Shown here piece after piece: positions 1 through 10,723 of a stretch of 63,771 nt of DNA. The stretch comes from Rhynchobatus australiae. Lineage: Eukaryota. The stretch lies in the NCBI GenBank assembly GCA_034780895.1, contig JAUZTB010000063.1:26783628-26847398 (forward strand). The letters are read 5' to 3'. The notes beneath the pieces were generated by a model. The model searched no databases. It was not told where the DNA came from and saw only the letters and a list, made by a program, of their open reading frames with translations. How positions within the stretch are numbered: the first letter of the stretch is position 1; each line of letters starts with the position of its first letter. Made by a program: the position numbers and the translations under genes.

Positions 1-328
1 ACTCCCTGCAACGTGCATTCCTGTGCATTTGAATTGCTGTACCAGACCATGAGACAACCAGTTAGCATATTTTCAACTGTGCTGTATATCTGTAGAAGTT
101 CATTAGTATTCAGTATGCCGTCAAACATTAATGTTAATCATAATTTCTGTATTTTAATAGAGAAACTAGATTGTTTCTGTTCAGTAGCAATCTGAACAGA
201 AGCTAGGTTGTTAATGAACTTGAGTATTTTTGTTTCACATGCAAAATATTAATACTTGATTGTGTATACTTGAAATAAAATGTTTCTCATGAATAACCCT
301 CAGTGATTCAAATTGACAGTCTGGTCCT

Positions 329-607
329 TCATGCAAAAAAATTGTATGCTTCTGCCTTAAATGAAACTTGTGGTTCCATTTGCTTCTGCTTTGACACAGT
401 TGTGAACTGTGGCAAAACTGTAGGCTTTGCATTAGTGGGCACCCAATATATTTGTTGTATACCTTGCTGACACAAGACTTCATAATGGCCTGCCACAGGT
501 GTCAGGGCCTGTAAGTCCTTTTCAACATCTGACACGGTGAATGTTCCTTCAATAAATTCCAGTTTATCAATGCCAATGACATTGTATTGCTGACACAAAC
601 ACCAGCT
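329..607 (-). CDS. Candidate exon of an unidentified gene antisense to CERK (SWCLCQQYNVIGIDKLEFIEGTFTVSDVEKDLQALTPVAGHYEVLCQQG...)
   Basis: Minus-strand pyrimidine tract cttgtttctttt-AG ending at 608 opens a 92-codon frame to TGA at 331-329. ATTAAA on the minus strand at 158-153. Not recognised as a repeat; no homologue recognised. Confidence 0.35.
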   Translation of the reverse strand, partial: SWCLCQQYNVIGIDKLEFIEGTFTVSDVEKDLQALTPVAGHYEVLCQQGIQQIYWVPTNAKPTVLPQFTTVSKQKQMEPQVSFKAEAYNFFA

Positions 608-769
608 CTAAAAGAAACAAGTAAAATGCTGATAAGTGATTTGTGGCAACTGGCATGCTATTTTGGAACTTGCTGTCTTTGAAAACATCTAAATCTGCCT
701 ACTGTAACCAAAAGTATGGGAGCAGGCACATTGGTAAGCACCACCTGTAGGTGCTCTCCAAGTCACACA

Positions 770-1000
770 TCTAGCTAGAAATACTCAGTGGGTCGGACCA
801 CATCAGTAGGAAGACAAACAAAGCTAATGTTTCAGGACAAAGATCCATCATCAGAACAGTTTCAGTTGGCAGCTCTGACAAAGAGACTTGAACCTGCAAC
901 ACTAGCTGTGTTTCTATTCCTACAGCTGCGGCCTGACCTGCTGAGTATTTCCAGCATTTTTTGTTTTAAGTTTCTACAACCTGCAGTTTTTATTTTAGAA
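770..1000. mobile_element. Short non-autonomous Penelope-like element made of two inverted terminal-repeat halves, each with a hammerhead-like motif
   Basis: Minus copy 858-823 reads CTGATGA...GAAA-ca-TT. Plus copy 871-906 is degenerate and followed by gacctgctgagtatttccagcattt. It interrupts an older LINE tail (about 715-770 and 1005-1200). Confidence 0.65.
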
Positions 1001-1076
1001 GTTGCACGTCTTGCTGACTTGGAAGTAAATCCCCATCCTTTCATTGTTTCTTGGTCTAGGTCTTGGAAAACCTTAT

Positions 1077-1276
1077 CCAAGAGTATTGTAGTACAAGCTT
1101 CACCAGAAGGTCTGCAGCAGTTCTAAAACGTGCCTTACCATCGCCTCTTTGGGAGTAATTAGGAATGGGCAATTGATGTTGGCCTTCCTAACCATGCCTG
1201 AACAATGAAGATGTTTGGAAAGAATTTTTTTTCCATCTGTGAAAGGCAGCTTACCCATTAGCTTCCCCAAAAGCCA
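1077..1276 (+). repeat. Arm A of a local inverted duplication (partner 4441-4683)
   Basis: Manual alignment to the reverse complement of 4441-4683: 7 mismatches in 1077-1200; about 2 mismatches plus a T-run indel in 1199-1276. Confidence 0.9.
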
Positions 1277-1489
1277 GCTGGAACCCTTGCCTTTCTGCCT
1301 AATTGAAGTTTTCACAAATAAAAACAGCAAAATGTTAAGGATGAACCTGGTCCAGAAACATTTCTAAGAGTCATTAAGAGCTCAGCCAGAACATTCTGTA
1401 CCATACAACTTGCCCTGGTTGTAGTCCTGCTGCAGAATACTGCTCTACCTTGTGAATGTGATAGAAGTATACAGACTGCAGAATAGTAT

Positions 1490-1780
1490 GGACAGGGTGG
1501 TTAATGGGATTCTGTTCTCATTGGTGCAAGAATGGAGGATGAAAAGTTATAGGTATAAAATGAAGGGAAAGGAATTAAGAGCAACATGAGGAATAACCTT
1601 TTGCACAGCATATTGTTAGCCTCTGGAATGCATTGTCTGGAGTTGTGGGGGAGATGGGTTTCATTGTGGCCTTTAAAAGGAATGGATAAATGATGGTGGA
1701 GAAAAACTTGCAATGTTATGGTGAAAAGGTCAGCATAGACATGATAGGCCAAATGGCCATCTCCTTTGTTGCAACTTTTC
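1490..1780 (+). mobile_element. CR1/HER1-like LINE 3' fragment
   Basis: Decayed CR1 3' sequence (atgaggaataaccttttgcacagc...tggaatgcattgtctgg). Confidence 0.55.
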
Positions 1781-2009
1781 TTCTCCACTTATTTCTGTCA
1801 AGTATCATCTCTGAATTCCAACAGCTACAAGCTCAGCCTGTCCAATCTTTCTTCAGAAGGTATCAGTGCAATAAAGCATATAAAATGATGCTAACCATTC
1901 CTGGAAACTGGTAGGAACTGTAGTCCCCACACAGTGTAAAGAACAAATCCCATTTTATTCTCCCATAGTCTTAAGTCCTTCCACATTCTATCACTTGCTT
2001 ACACATTTG

Positions 2010-2165
2010 CTGCAATTTACAGTAGCCAATTAACCTACAACCAGTGTGTTTTTGTGATGTGGGAGGAAACCAGAGCACTCGAGGGAAACCCATGCAGCCA
2101 TGGGGAGAATATGCAAACTCCACACAGATAAATTCAACCCTGATCTCTAGTACTAAGTTGCTATG
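2010..2165 (-). mobile_element. V-SINE (HE1-like) fragment
   Basis: Reverse complement of the V core (gtgggaggaaaccagagcactcgagggaaacccatgcag...gcaaactccacacaga). Confidence 0.75.
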
Positions 2166-2274
2166 AACTGCTATTGATTATATAGTTAGCAGAAAGAGCA
2201 TTAGAAATGGGAACAAGTGTACGTCAGATGATCTTTCAAGCCTGCTTTGCCATTTGATAATATCTAGTTGGTCC

Positions 2275-2712
2275 CGTCGGATCCAGTTACTTTCGAATCC
2301 GCAGATTCTTTCAGGAGTCCAGGAATGTGTTGAAAACAACTTGGTGCTTCACAAAGTTTTATTGGAAAAGTTTAAAACAAAGAAACAGTCACAGAGCACA
2401 TGGTGCTAGCTTTGATGAGCCAAAAGAAGGGAACAAAGGATGAGTTTAGGCCAGGGGGGAGGAAGAGCAAGAGTGTGATTAACAAAAGAATGACACCTTT
2501 TATACCCGAGATGAGAGGTACTTCTCAGCTAACAATAGTCCAATCAGGAAACTAATTAAATACTTGTGGCCAAACCAGCCAATGAAAAGACCACATGTCA
2601 CCTGATGGACGAACCAATAAACTAGTAACTGACCATTCCTTGTGCAGCCACTTGAGGTGTATTAAGCACTATACATGTTTAAAAAAACTAATTAAAATAA
2701 TTGAATCCAACA
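2275..2712 (-). mobile_element. Solo LTR (438 bp) with 4-bp TSD GTCC
   Basis: GTCC at 2271-2274 and 2713-2716. Short inverted termini (minus strand TGTTGGATTC...GGATCCGACG). On the minus strand, CCAAT boxes, then TATAAAA (~2500), then AATAAA (~2360), in U3-R-U5 order. The flanking repeat resumes on both sides. Confidence 0.8.
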
Positions 2713-3049
2713 GTCCTCTCAACAATCCATAACCCTTCATTTCTCAATCATTCAAACATTTTTCCAACACTGCTTTGAATAAAATGTCACAGCATCCACC
2801 TCTCTGAAGTGAAGAATTTTATAGATTTGGCGCTCTGAGAGTAAAATTCTCCTATCTATTTAAAATGTATGACCCTTTACCCAGTTCAAGACTTTCTCAT
2901 AAAGGGAAACTTCCTCGCAGCAAGTCTCTACAGAACTTCATATTTCAAAGAGATCACCTTTTATTGTCCAACTCCAGTAGATAAAGATTCGTTCTGCTTC
3001 GGTATTACTCCTATGTTAGTGGATGACCTTGTATTTCCCTTCGTTATCC

Positions 3050-3980
3050 ACCATTTGAATGACTTTGTATTCTCACAATTTACTCCTAATCAATGGTCCA
3101 CTATGGACTCCCTTTCAGTTCAAGCAAGGCTGTGACAATGCCAACTCCCTTCCTCATTGTAACACTATGTCTCACTACTAATAAGATTTCCACTAAAGTG
3201 ATTTTAATCTATGGGTTTAATGGGGGACTATTCTGCCTTCATTGTCTTCTCTCTTGAACTAAGATCACCTCAGCCTCAGTCATCAAATTACAGTATGAAG
3301 ACAATGCCAGCATGTGTTTATAGTCAGAGACTGAGCTCCAAGTCGTTGCTGACTTCTTTGCTGAAGCATTCAAAAGGTTGGGCCTTATACTGAACATTTA
3401 AACACAGATGTCTTCTGCCAGCCTGGCCCATTATGTTGCCATCAACAATCCAAATCCATGAAAACTTGGGTAGCTGTCTATGGAACCACCTTAATGAAGG
3501 CAGACTTAGATGGCAAAATTTGCCACTGTCTTCATTGGTCCAGCATAGTTTTCAGCTGACTGGCAAAAAGAGTGAATGAAGTCCCAGACCTGAAACTTAG
3601 TGCCAAGCAGCAGTGATCATCACCCTCCTTTACACATTGGAAACGTTGACAACCTTTTGTTGGTGCATTCGGTTATTGGACATATCCCACCATTGCTGTT
3701 TCTGCAAAATCCACAAAATCTAATTTATTTGACTATCTTGCCAGTGTTGGCATCCTTTCCCAGCTAACATACCCAGCATCAAAGCTCTTGTCATGCTCAA
3801 CCAGGTTTGGTGTGGGTGGGGGAGGTGATGGATGACACACTGTTCACATTGCTGAACGTCAGATTCTCAAAACAAGCATTCAAACTCTGACACGAGAGGC
3901 TGGAGCTCTTTCACAATAAGGCTGTTCTCAAAGTTTCCTAAGAACAAAGTTTAAAATAGTCATCCTTCCTGGCCCATGGA
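3050..3980 (+). mobile_element. Highly decayed RTE-like LINE fragment
   Basis: Remnant similarity to RTE RT/C-terminus (tttgctgaagcattcaaaaggttgggccttatactgaacat...). No intact ORF. Confidence 0.4.
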
Positions 3981-4089
3981 GGCCACTGAGTGCCTCATCT
4001 CTATAATGTGAGAACTTGGTGTGGGGGGTGGAGTTAGGGACATTACATACTCTTTGCACTGTTTGTGTACTTTCTCCAAGTACCAACAT

Positions 4090-4430
4090 TGAACTAGCTT
4101 AGGAGTCAAAGACAGCGGTTAGAATGGAATGCTGCTCAGGGTCAGCCTTGCAGACTGAATAGAAGCATCTTCAAAGTAGTCAATATTTCAATGTTCCATT
4201 TCTCCAAAGAAAAGGAAACCACATCTTAAGTGCTGAATGGAGTACACAGGATTGGAAGAAGTGCAAGTGAATCACTGGTCCAGCTGGAAAGACTGTTNNN
4301 NNNNNNNNNNNNNNNNNNNNNNNNNNNNNNNNNNNNNNNNNNNNNNNNNNNNNNNNNNNNNNNNNNNNNNNNNNNNNNNNNNNNNNNNNNNNNNNNNGTT
4401 TCTAGATGGTGGGAAGGGATGAGGGCAGTG
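4090..4430 (-). mobile_element. Penelope-like GIY-YIG-region fragment
   Basis: Resembles the better-preserved copy at 54330-54700. Interrupted by an N gap. Confidence 0.4.
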
Positions 4431-4440
4431 GTTTTGTTAT

Positions 4441-4683
4441 TGGCTTTTGGGGAAGCTAATGGGTAAGCTGCCTATCATAGATGGAAAAAATTCTTTCCAA
4501 ACATCTTCATTGTTCATGCGGAATGCTGACACTACTGTCTTAAACAGATTGTCAGGATACAGGCATGGTTAGGAAGGCCAACATCAATTGCCCATTCCTA
4601 ATTACTCTCAAAGAGGTGATGGTAAGACACGGTTCAGAACTGCTGCAGACCTTCTGGTGAAGCTTGTACCATAATACTCTTGG
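4441..4683 (-). repeat. Arm B of the inverted duplication, with an extra ~43 nt at 4517-4559
   Basis: Reverse complement of 1077-1276. Confidence 0.9.
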
Positions 4684-5339
4684 GTAGGATCTTGGCTTTT
4701 TTCCATTCATTGTGCTGTTGAAATTGACAGGGTGAGGTAATGGAAGTAAAAGAAGTTTCTTGTGACTAGCAAGTAAGGGGTGGAGGTGGAAGTGTAGATC
4801 ACAGTGGATTGGTTTACTGATGGTTTCACAGTCTCTGTCGCAGCATGTTTCCGATATGAGGAGAGGTTGATATTCAACAGTTTGTATGGGACTTTCTAAA
4901 ACAGTGTCACCGTGGCATGCCATTTCCTTTTTACTGGCAAGAAAGGAATTTCTGGGCTACTAGCTCTGCAGTAGAGCTCTTTCACATTTTCTCTTTAAGT
5001 ATCCCTTTGCTCCAAAAGGACTGATGAGACACTTGCATCAATCATTATTCTAATTAAATTTTCTATTTAGTTGTCCAGTGACAGGGCAGAAACACAAGAT
5101 GGATCTTCCGAACTTCCCCCAACCCTGATGTCAATATTTGTGAATCATTCCTTTGTTTTCTTTTGCAAGAACATTCTTTTGGTCTCTTCTAAGCAGAACC
5201 ACCAGATAAATGAAACTTTTGCCCCTCCTCTCAGTTTTATTGATTGTTACACCCACACACAGGAATTTTTCTAAACTGTACCCTTGCAAAAGACATTTGC
5301 CTGCTTCCTACTGCAAAGTCAGTGCTGCCCACTGTTCTG

Positions 5340-7320
5340 TGTGTTGTTGTTTTCATGGGTATCGTACTGTCTGACAGGGGAAATAGATGCTTCCTGTTCA
5401 CCCTGTCCAGGCCTCTCAGAATGTTACGTACCTTAATTAAATCTCCCCTCAGTCTTCCTTGATCCAAAGAAACAACCTGTTTGTCATGTATCTCCTTGTA
5501 ACACTAATTCTCTAGCTCCTGTAACACCCTCAAATCTCATCAACCTTCTTATCTCTTCAAAAACTTAATCAAGTTGGTCAGACGTGAAGGTAATTAGAAT
5601 ATCACTCCAGTGGAAAATCATGAAATCAATAGACAAATGCCAAGAGACCTCCCAGACAACAGAATTTGTCATTATTTGAGAATCATCCTTTGTTTATCTT
5701 GTACAAAAACATTTTTTAGGTTTTGGCAGGGTTCCCACCACTATCTTGAATGATCCTTCTCTGCTTTGGGTATTCATGGACAGATTCCCAAGAGTCAGTG
5801 CCTGACAAGGACATAGCGAGCTGAATGGCCTTTCCATGCCATATGTTTCTATGATTCAGTAATATGGTTTGTTTGTTTTAAAGTTTTCTTAATCCTTAAG
5901 CTATTGCAATTTTAGGAGCATTTTGCTTCAATTAAATATTATCCTTAATTAACATCAAAAACAGATCGATTACTATCCACGTGAAGTCTCTATTTCAGTC
6001 TTGCTTGTAGTTTTGTTGAGAAGTTCTCTGCCACGTTTTGCTAACTCACCCTTATATCTTTGGAATTGCTTTTATTTGTTTCAGTTCCATTCTTAAGTTT
6101 ATCGCTTTCAAACTGAATGTGAAATTCTATCAAATTATATCATGCTGCCCCAGAGTTTCCTTTACCATGAGATTGCTGATTAATCCTCCCTAATTCCACA
6201 TGATCAAATCAAAAGGAATCTGTTTCCTGCATGAATGCACAAAGTATTGTTGTAGAAGGTTCTCAAATGCATTCTATGAACTCCCCCTCAAGACAACCTT
6301 TGCCAATTTGATATTGTCCAATCTAATAGAAGTTTAAAGTCCTCTGTAATTTTTACATCGACTATTTCTCAATTCATAATCTACTCATAGAGCCTATAAA
6401 ATCATTCCATCAGTGTTTTCTGACCTCTTGTTATTCTTTATCATCACCCAAGCTGATCCTGATCTCTGTTGGATAAATGTTAAGAGTACCTTTACCGATA
6501 ATACACTATTACCATTTTCTGAGTTTCCCCTCATCTGAACTCTTTTCACTACCTTTGCTTCCCACCCCTTTGCTCCTTCTATCCTTGGTACTGGTTGATG
6601 CCTGTGTCTCATGAATAAAAATCCTTTTTCTCTTGTATTAATTTTTGTTCCTCATTTAAAACTCTCTGATCTCTTTGCCCTTGACAGTATGCATGTGGCT
6701 CAACTAGTAATCCAGAGATTATTATCTTTTGTGGTTGTGGATGTTAATTTGGAACCTGTCTCCTCATAGGCCTTCAAATAGATCTTTTTTTCAGTTCTAC
6801 CTACATTGTAATTTTCTTTCTTGGCCACGGTAACCAGATCCTCCATTTGCAATCTATTCATCTCCAGCCCAAAGGAGATATCCTTTCCCTGGAACCAGAA
6901 AAGCAACACAATCTTCAAGACCTGTGTTTGAGGCAGCAGAGAATGGTATCTATCTGCTTGACTATACTGGCCCCACCCCTACCCATCTTCACTACAGTTT
7001 TAACACTCTTTCAGGTAATGAGTGCCTTGTACCTGNNNNNNNNNNNNNNNNNNNNNNNNNNNNNNNNNNNNNNNNNNNNNNNNNNNNNNNNNNNNNNNNN
7101 NNNNNNNNNNNNNNNCTCTTTCTAACAACTTGCAAAATCCAGGCAACTATCTAATGTGAGGGTTGTAACTGCCCCCAGGATCAAACACTCCAGATAACAA
7201 TATTTTTCTGATCCATCATAAGATCTGCATCTCTGTCTCCAGCTCAACAACTCAAAGTTCCTAAAGATGCAGATATTTCCCAAGGATGTGGTTTCTGGGG
7301 ATCTCTATTATTCACTAACT
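5340..7320 (-). mobile_element. Cluster of decayed CR1 LINE fragments (3' end, endonuclease and ORF1 remnants)
   Basis: ORF 5237-5467 gives RLRGDLIKVRNILRGLDRVN, the typical CR1 ORF2 C-terminus. Esterase-like ORF1 remnants around 6700-6950. Confidence 0.55.
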
Positions 7321-8823
7321 CCCTGCTTTCTATATCAAAACTTGTTTTCATACATTTACATAGTGTACATTTCTATTAACTTGATATTTATTTTTCAAAT
7401 GAATTCCTTCCTAATTAGCTAGTTAGCCTATTTTACTTTTCTACCTTTTAGATTTTTTTTACAATGTTTAAAAAAACACTTTACACGAAGCACCAGACAA
7501 AATTTAAAATTTATTGCCTGAAGCTAACACAGACTAAGCATTGGAAGCACCAAACAGCACATCCTTCTTTCTGTTTCTTCACCAGGTTTGTGTGTTCACC
7601 AAATTCCTGACTTTTCAAGCAACACATTGCCCACTCTTTGTTAATCTTGCAAATTAGGCTAGTAAAATGACAAATTTTGCTTACTGGCATATTTTAACCA
7701 TTTTCTCATTAATCATCAGGGAATTTGATTAATTAACACAGGCCAATTATCCTTGTATTGTGTGCATTGAATCTATATGCCCTATGCAAATAATACCAAA
7801 ATTTATTGCTGTAGCCAGTGGTTAGATAATGATATAATTAAGCTAATTTATTATTCATCTCTTCATATTTCATCTCTGTGTATATTAACATGTATGTCTA
7901 NNNNNNNNNNNNNNNNNNNNNNNNNNNNNNNNNNNNNNNNNNNNNNNNNNNNNNNNNNNNNNNNNNNNNNNNNNNNNNNNNNNNNNNNNNNNNNNNNNNN
8001 CATATTTCATCTCTGTGTATATTAATAAACATAATTTGGTCTTTTACCAGCTAGAGAGCTATTGAACTGATTTTTTTGCTGGGTCAGAACATGAGAAAAT
8101 AGGAGCAGTTGTTGGCTGCTTGGCTCCTTAAACCATTTAATATGATCGTGGCTGGTGTGCCCAGGCCTCACCTCTTCTTCTGTGCCAGTTCCATGTAGCC
8201 CTCAATTCTGTGATCTTTCAAAATAAAGTTACCTCCTTCCTATGTAAATACCCCCAATGATTTAGCCTCCATGGCACTCCAGGGTAAAGAATCCAGAGAT
8301 TCACCACCCTTGTGAGAAAGGTTGCCAAATAATTTTTTTCATTTACTTCTCAAGATATCAAATGAAAGATTTGTATTACCTGAAGTAGCAGTGTGTAAAA
8401 ACCAATCAGTGTTCTATTTTCTTCATGCCTGGTTTAGTGAAAACGTAAAGAGACAATGGATTGTTAGGTATTTTGAATAAATATGCAGCCACTTATGTGC
8501 TTGGATGTGATGTAAATTTACAGGCCCATCAAGGTAGTTAAATTGAATGTTTCAATTCAGAATGTGGTGTGAAACAGGCTTCTCAGTAACTTTCTCCCAT
8601 TATGCTGAACGTTTGCTGGAGAATTTTTGAGTGGAGTAAAATAAAATCAAATTAGATTAGGGAATGGTGGAATAGAAATCAGCCTTTTTGCTGAATGGCC
8701 TTGAAATTTCATTAGACTGATACCCAGATTAGCACTACTCTGCAGATTGTTGATTCGTTATGGTGCATAGAAACACTCGTACAAATCCCTCGTACTGTTT
8801 AAAAAAACATTTGCTCAGGGTAT

Positions 8824-9433
8824 GCACTGCTGTACCAGGAATCTGGTGCAAACCCCTACCTCCCCGACCTTACAATGTGCTGTGCTAGGAACCTGTGTCC
8901 TGGGAATTTGGTGTGAACCCCAGTATTCCATTGGGGCTCTCTCAGCAATAAATCACCACACAACTCAACGTAGTGAAGCTGCCTCTAGGGGCTGGTGTTC
9001 AGCAGCTGAGCACTGTGATGTGGGGTTCAGGGCTGCATCATGAGTGGCACACTGAGTGCACACCATTGCTGGTGATCGGCAGCAGCTACCCCAGGTGTTG
9101 ACAGTCCGCATGGATCCGATAGTGCCTCTCATCACCACCTGGCGGATATGAAAGTTGCCATCTCTCCCTCCTTTTTTGGCTATACAGCTCTCATGAGCCT
9201 CGTCATTTCTCTGGGGTAACGAGCTCAATCACCAGTGACCATTTGTGTAACCTGAGGCCCAGTATCTCAGTGCTGAGTGGCAGCTCAGCTTGCCCCGACC
9301 CTCCCAGTTTCAGCCGTCACAGGAAGCCTCTTCACTGTGAGTGTTCACTTCTTTCAGTACAGGATTTGTGCAAGATTTCTGACACACAGCAAGGGATGGT
9401 GGGTTCTGAACCAGGTTCCTGGTACAGCAGTGC
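8824..9433. mobile_element. MITE / non-autonomous DNA transposon with ~40-bp imperfect terminal inverted repeats
   Basis: Left GCACTGCTGTACCAGGAATCTGGTGCAAACCC versus reverse complement of right GCACTGCTGTACCAGGAACCTGGTTCAGAACCC; first 18 nt identical. Interior is GC-richer than the flanks. No clear TSD. Confidence 0.75.
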
Positions 9434-9479
9434 TGCCAGTAATGCAATTTTCTATTTATAATGCTCTAATATCCCAAGA

Positions 9480-9780
9480 GTGGCATAATGGGGCAGCAAT
9501 TGGTGCTGCAACCCTGGATTTAATCCTTACCTGAGGTGGTGTGGAGTTTGCACATTCTCCCTGAGTCTCCCTGGGTTCTCCACTTTCCACTCACATCCCT
9601 CATCAATATTGGTTGATGTTAATTTCCTACTGTAAATTGCCCCTGATATATCTGGGTGGCAGGAAAATCAGGGGGAATTCATGGGCATATGAGTACACTT
9701 AGGTTACAGGGAAATAAGTGGAGGAATAGGACTGATAGGAATACTAAGAGCCATCTGGCCTCCTGTATTAATGGAAAGTA
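9480..9780 (+). mobile_element. V-SINE (HE1-like)
   Basis: tRNA-like head followed by the V core tgtggagtttgcacattctccc...taaattgcccct. Confidence 0.75.
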
Positions 9781-10659
9781 TAATATAAAAATATGAGTAA
9801 TGTGACTCCTTTTAGCACTGATTCCATTAGCATTCTCATTCCTGGGAACACATCTTGAGTGCTAGTGAGATCCCAGGTCTAATATCAGGTATGTTTTTGA
9901 CCAGTTACTTTAAAAGAGTGAATGGTCAGAGACAACCTGATATTGGACCCTGGCCCTCATTAATATTGAGCTGAGAAACCCAATTTGACAACCACAGCAG
10001 CCTGCTGTCAAAGTGGANNNNNNNNNNATGGAAGATTTGGCTGCTGTAAACAAGGAACCCTGGTGAAACTGAACCAGTTAGAATAGTCCAGATATTCTGG
10101 CCATGTTTGCCAGAACGGAAGATTGCTGTCATCATTCGAGACTAAACATCTCTTTCCAGGGCATTGCTACAATTTCTCAATCCAGTACCCAAAGCCAAAC
10201 TATCTTCACCAATGACCTTCTCTCCATGGTTAGTTTAGAGATTTGGTAGAATGTGTTTGAATTATGAATCTGTATTGTTGTTCCATTTAAATTTGTCAAT
10301 GGAATAGCTTGTGTTGGAAAAACTGAAAGGAAGATGTTCAGTTTATTGTGATTGNNNNNNNNNNNNNNNNNNNNNNNNNNNNNNNNNNNNNNNNNNNNNN
10401 NNNNNNNNNNNNNNNNNNNNNNNNNNNNNNNNNNNNNNNNNNNNNNNNNNNNNNNNNNNNNNNNNNNNNNNNNNNNNNNNNNNNNNNNNNNNNNNNNNNN
10501 NNNNNNNNNNNNNNNNNNNNNNNNNNNNNNNNNNNNNNNNNNNNNNNNNNNNNNNNNNNNNNNNNNNNNNNNNNNNNNNNNNNNNNNNNNNNNNNNNNNN
10601 NNNNNNNNNNNNNNNNNNNNNNNNNNNNNNNNNNNNNNNNNNNNNNNNNTCTTTTCCAG

Positions 10660-10723
10660 TCACTGAATGTGCTAATCATGCCAGGGATTATTTGTTGGAA
10701 GCTGATCTGGAGAAATATGATGG
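10660..10723 (+). CDS. CERK: Ceramide kinase, exon equivalent to human exon 5 (64 nt; (V)TECANHARDYLLEADLEKYDG)
   Basis: ttttccAG acceptor at 10658-59 and GTAAGT donor at 10724. Translation aligns with human CERK VTEHANQAKETLYEINIDKYDG. Phase 1 to phase 2. Confidence 0.93.

Noticed and set aside
329-607. Faint resemblance of the antisense peptide to the RNase T2 C-terminal pattern
   Set aside because: No catalytic motifs, terminal cysteine missing, and similarity judged by eye only; not used for naming.
7864-8025. 25-bp direct repeat (catatttcatctctgtgtatattaa) on both sides of a 100-N gap
   Set aside because: Most likely overlapping contig ends at a placeholder gap, not a TSD or a biological repeat.
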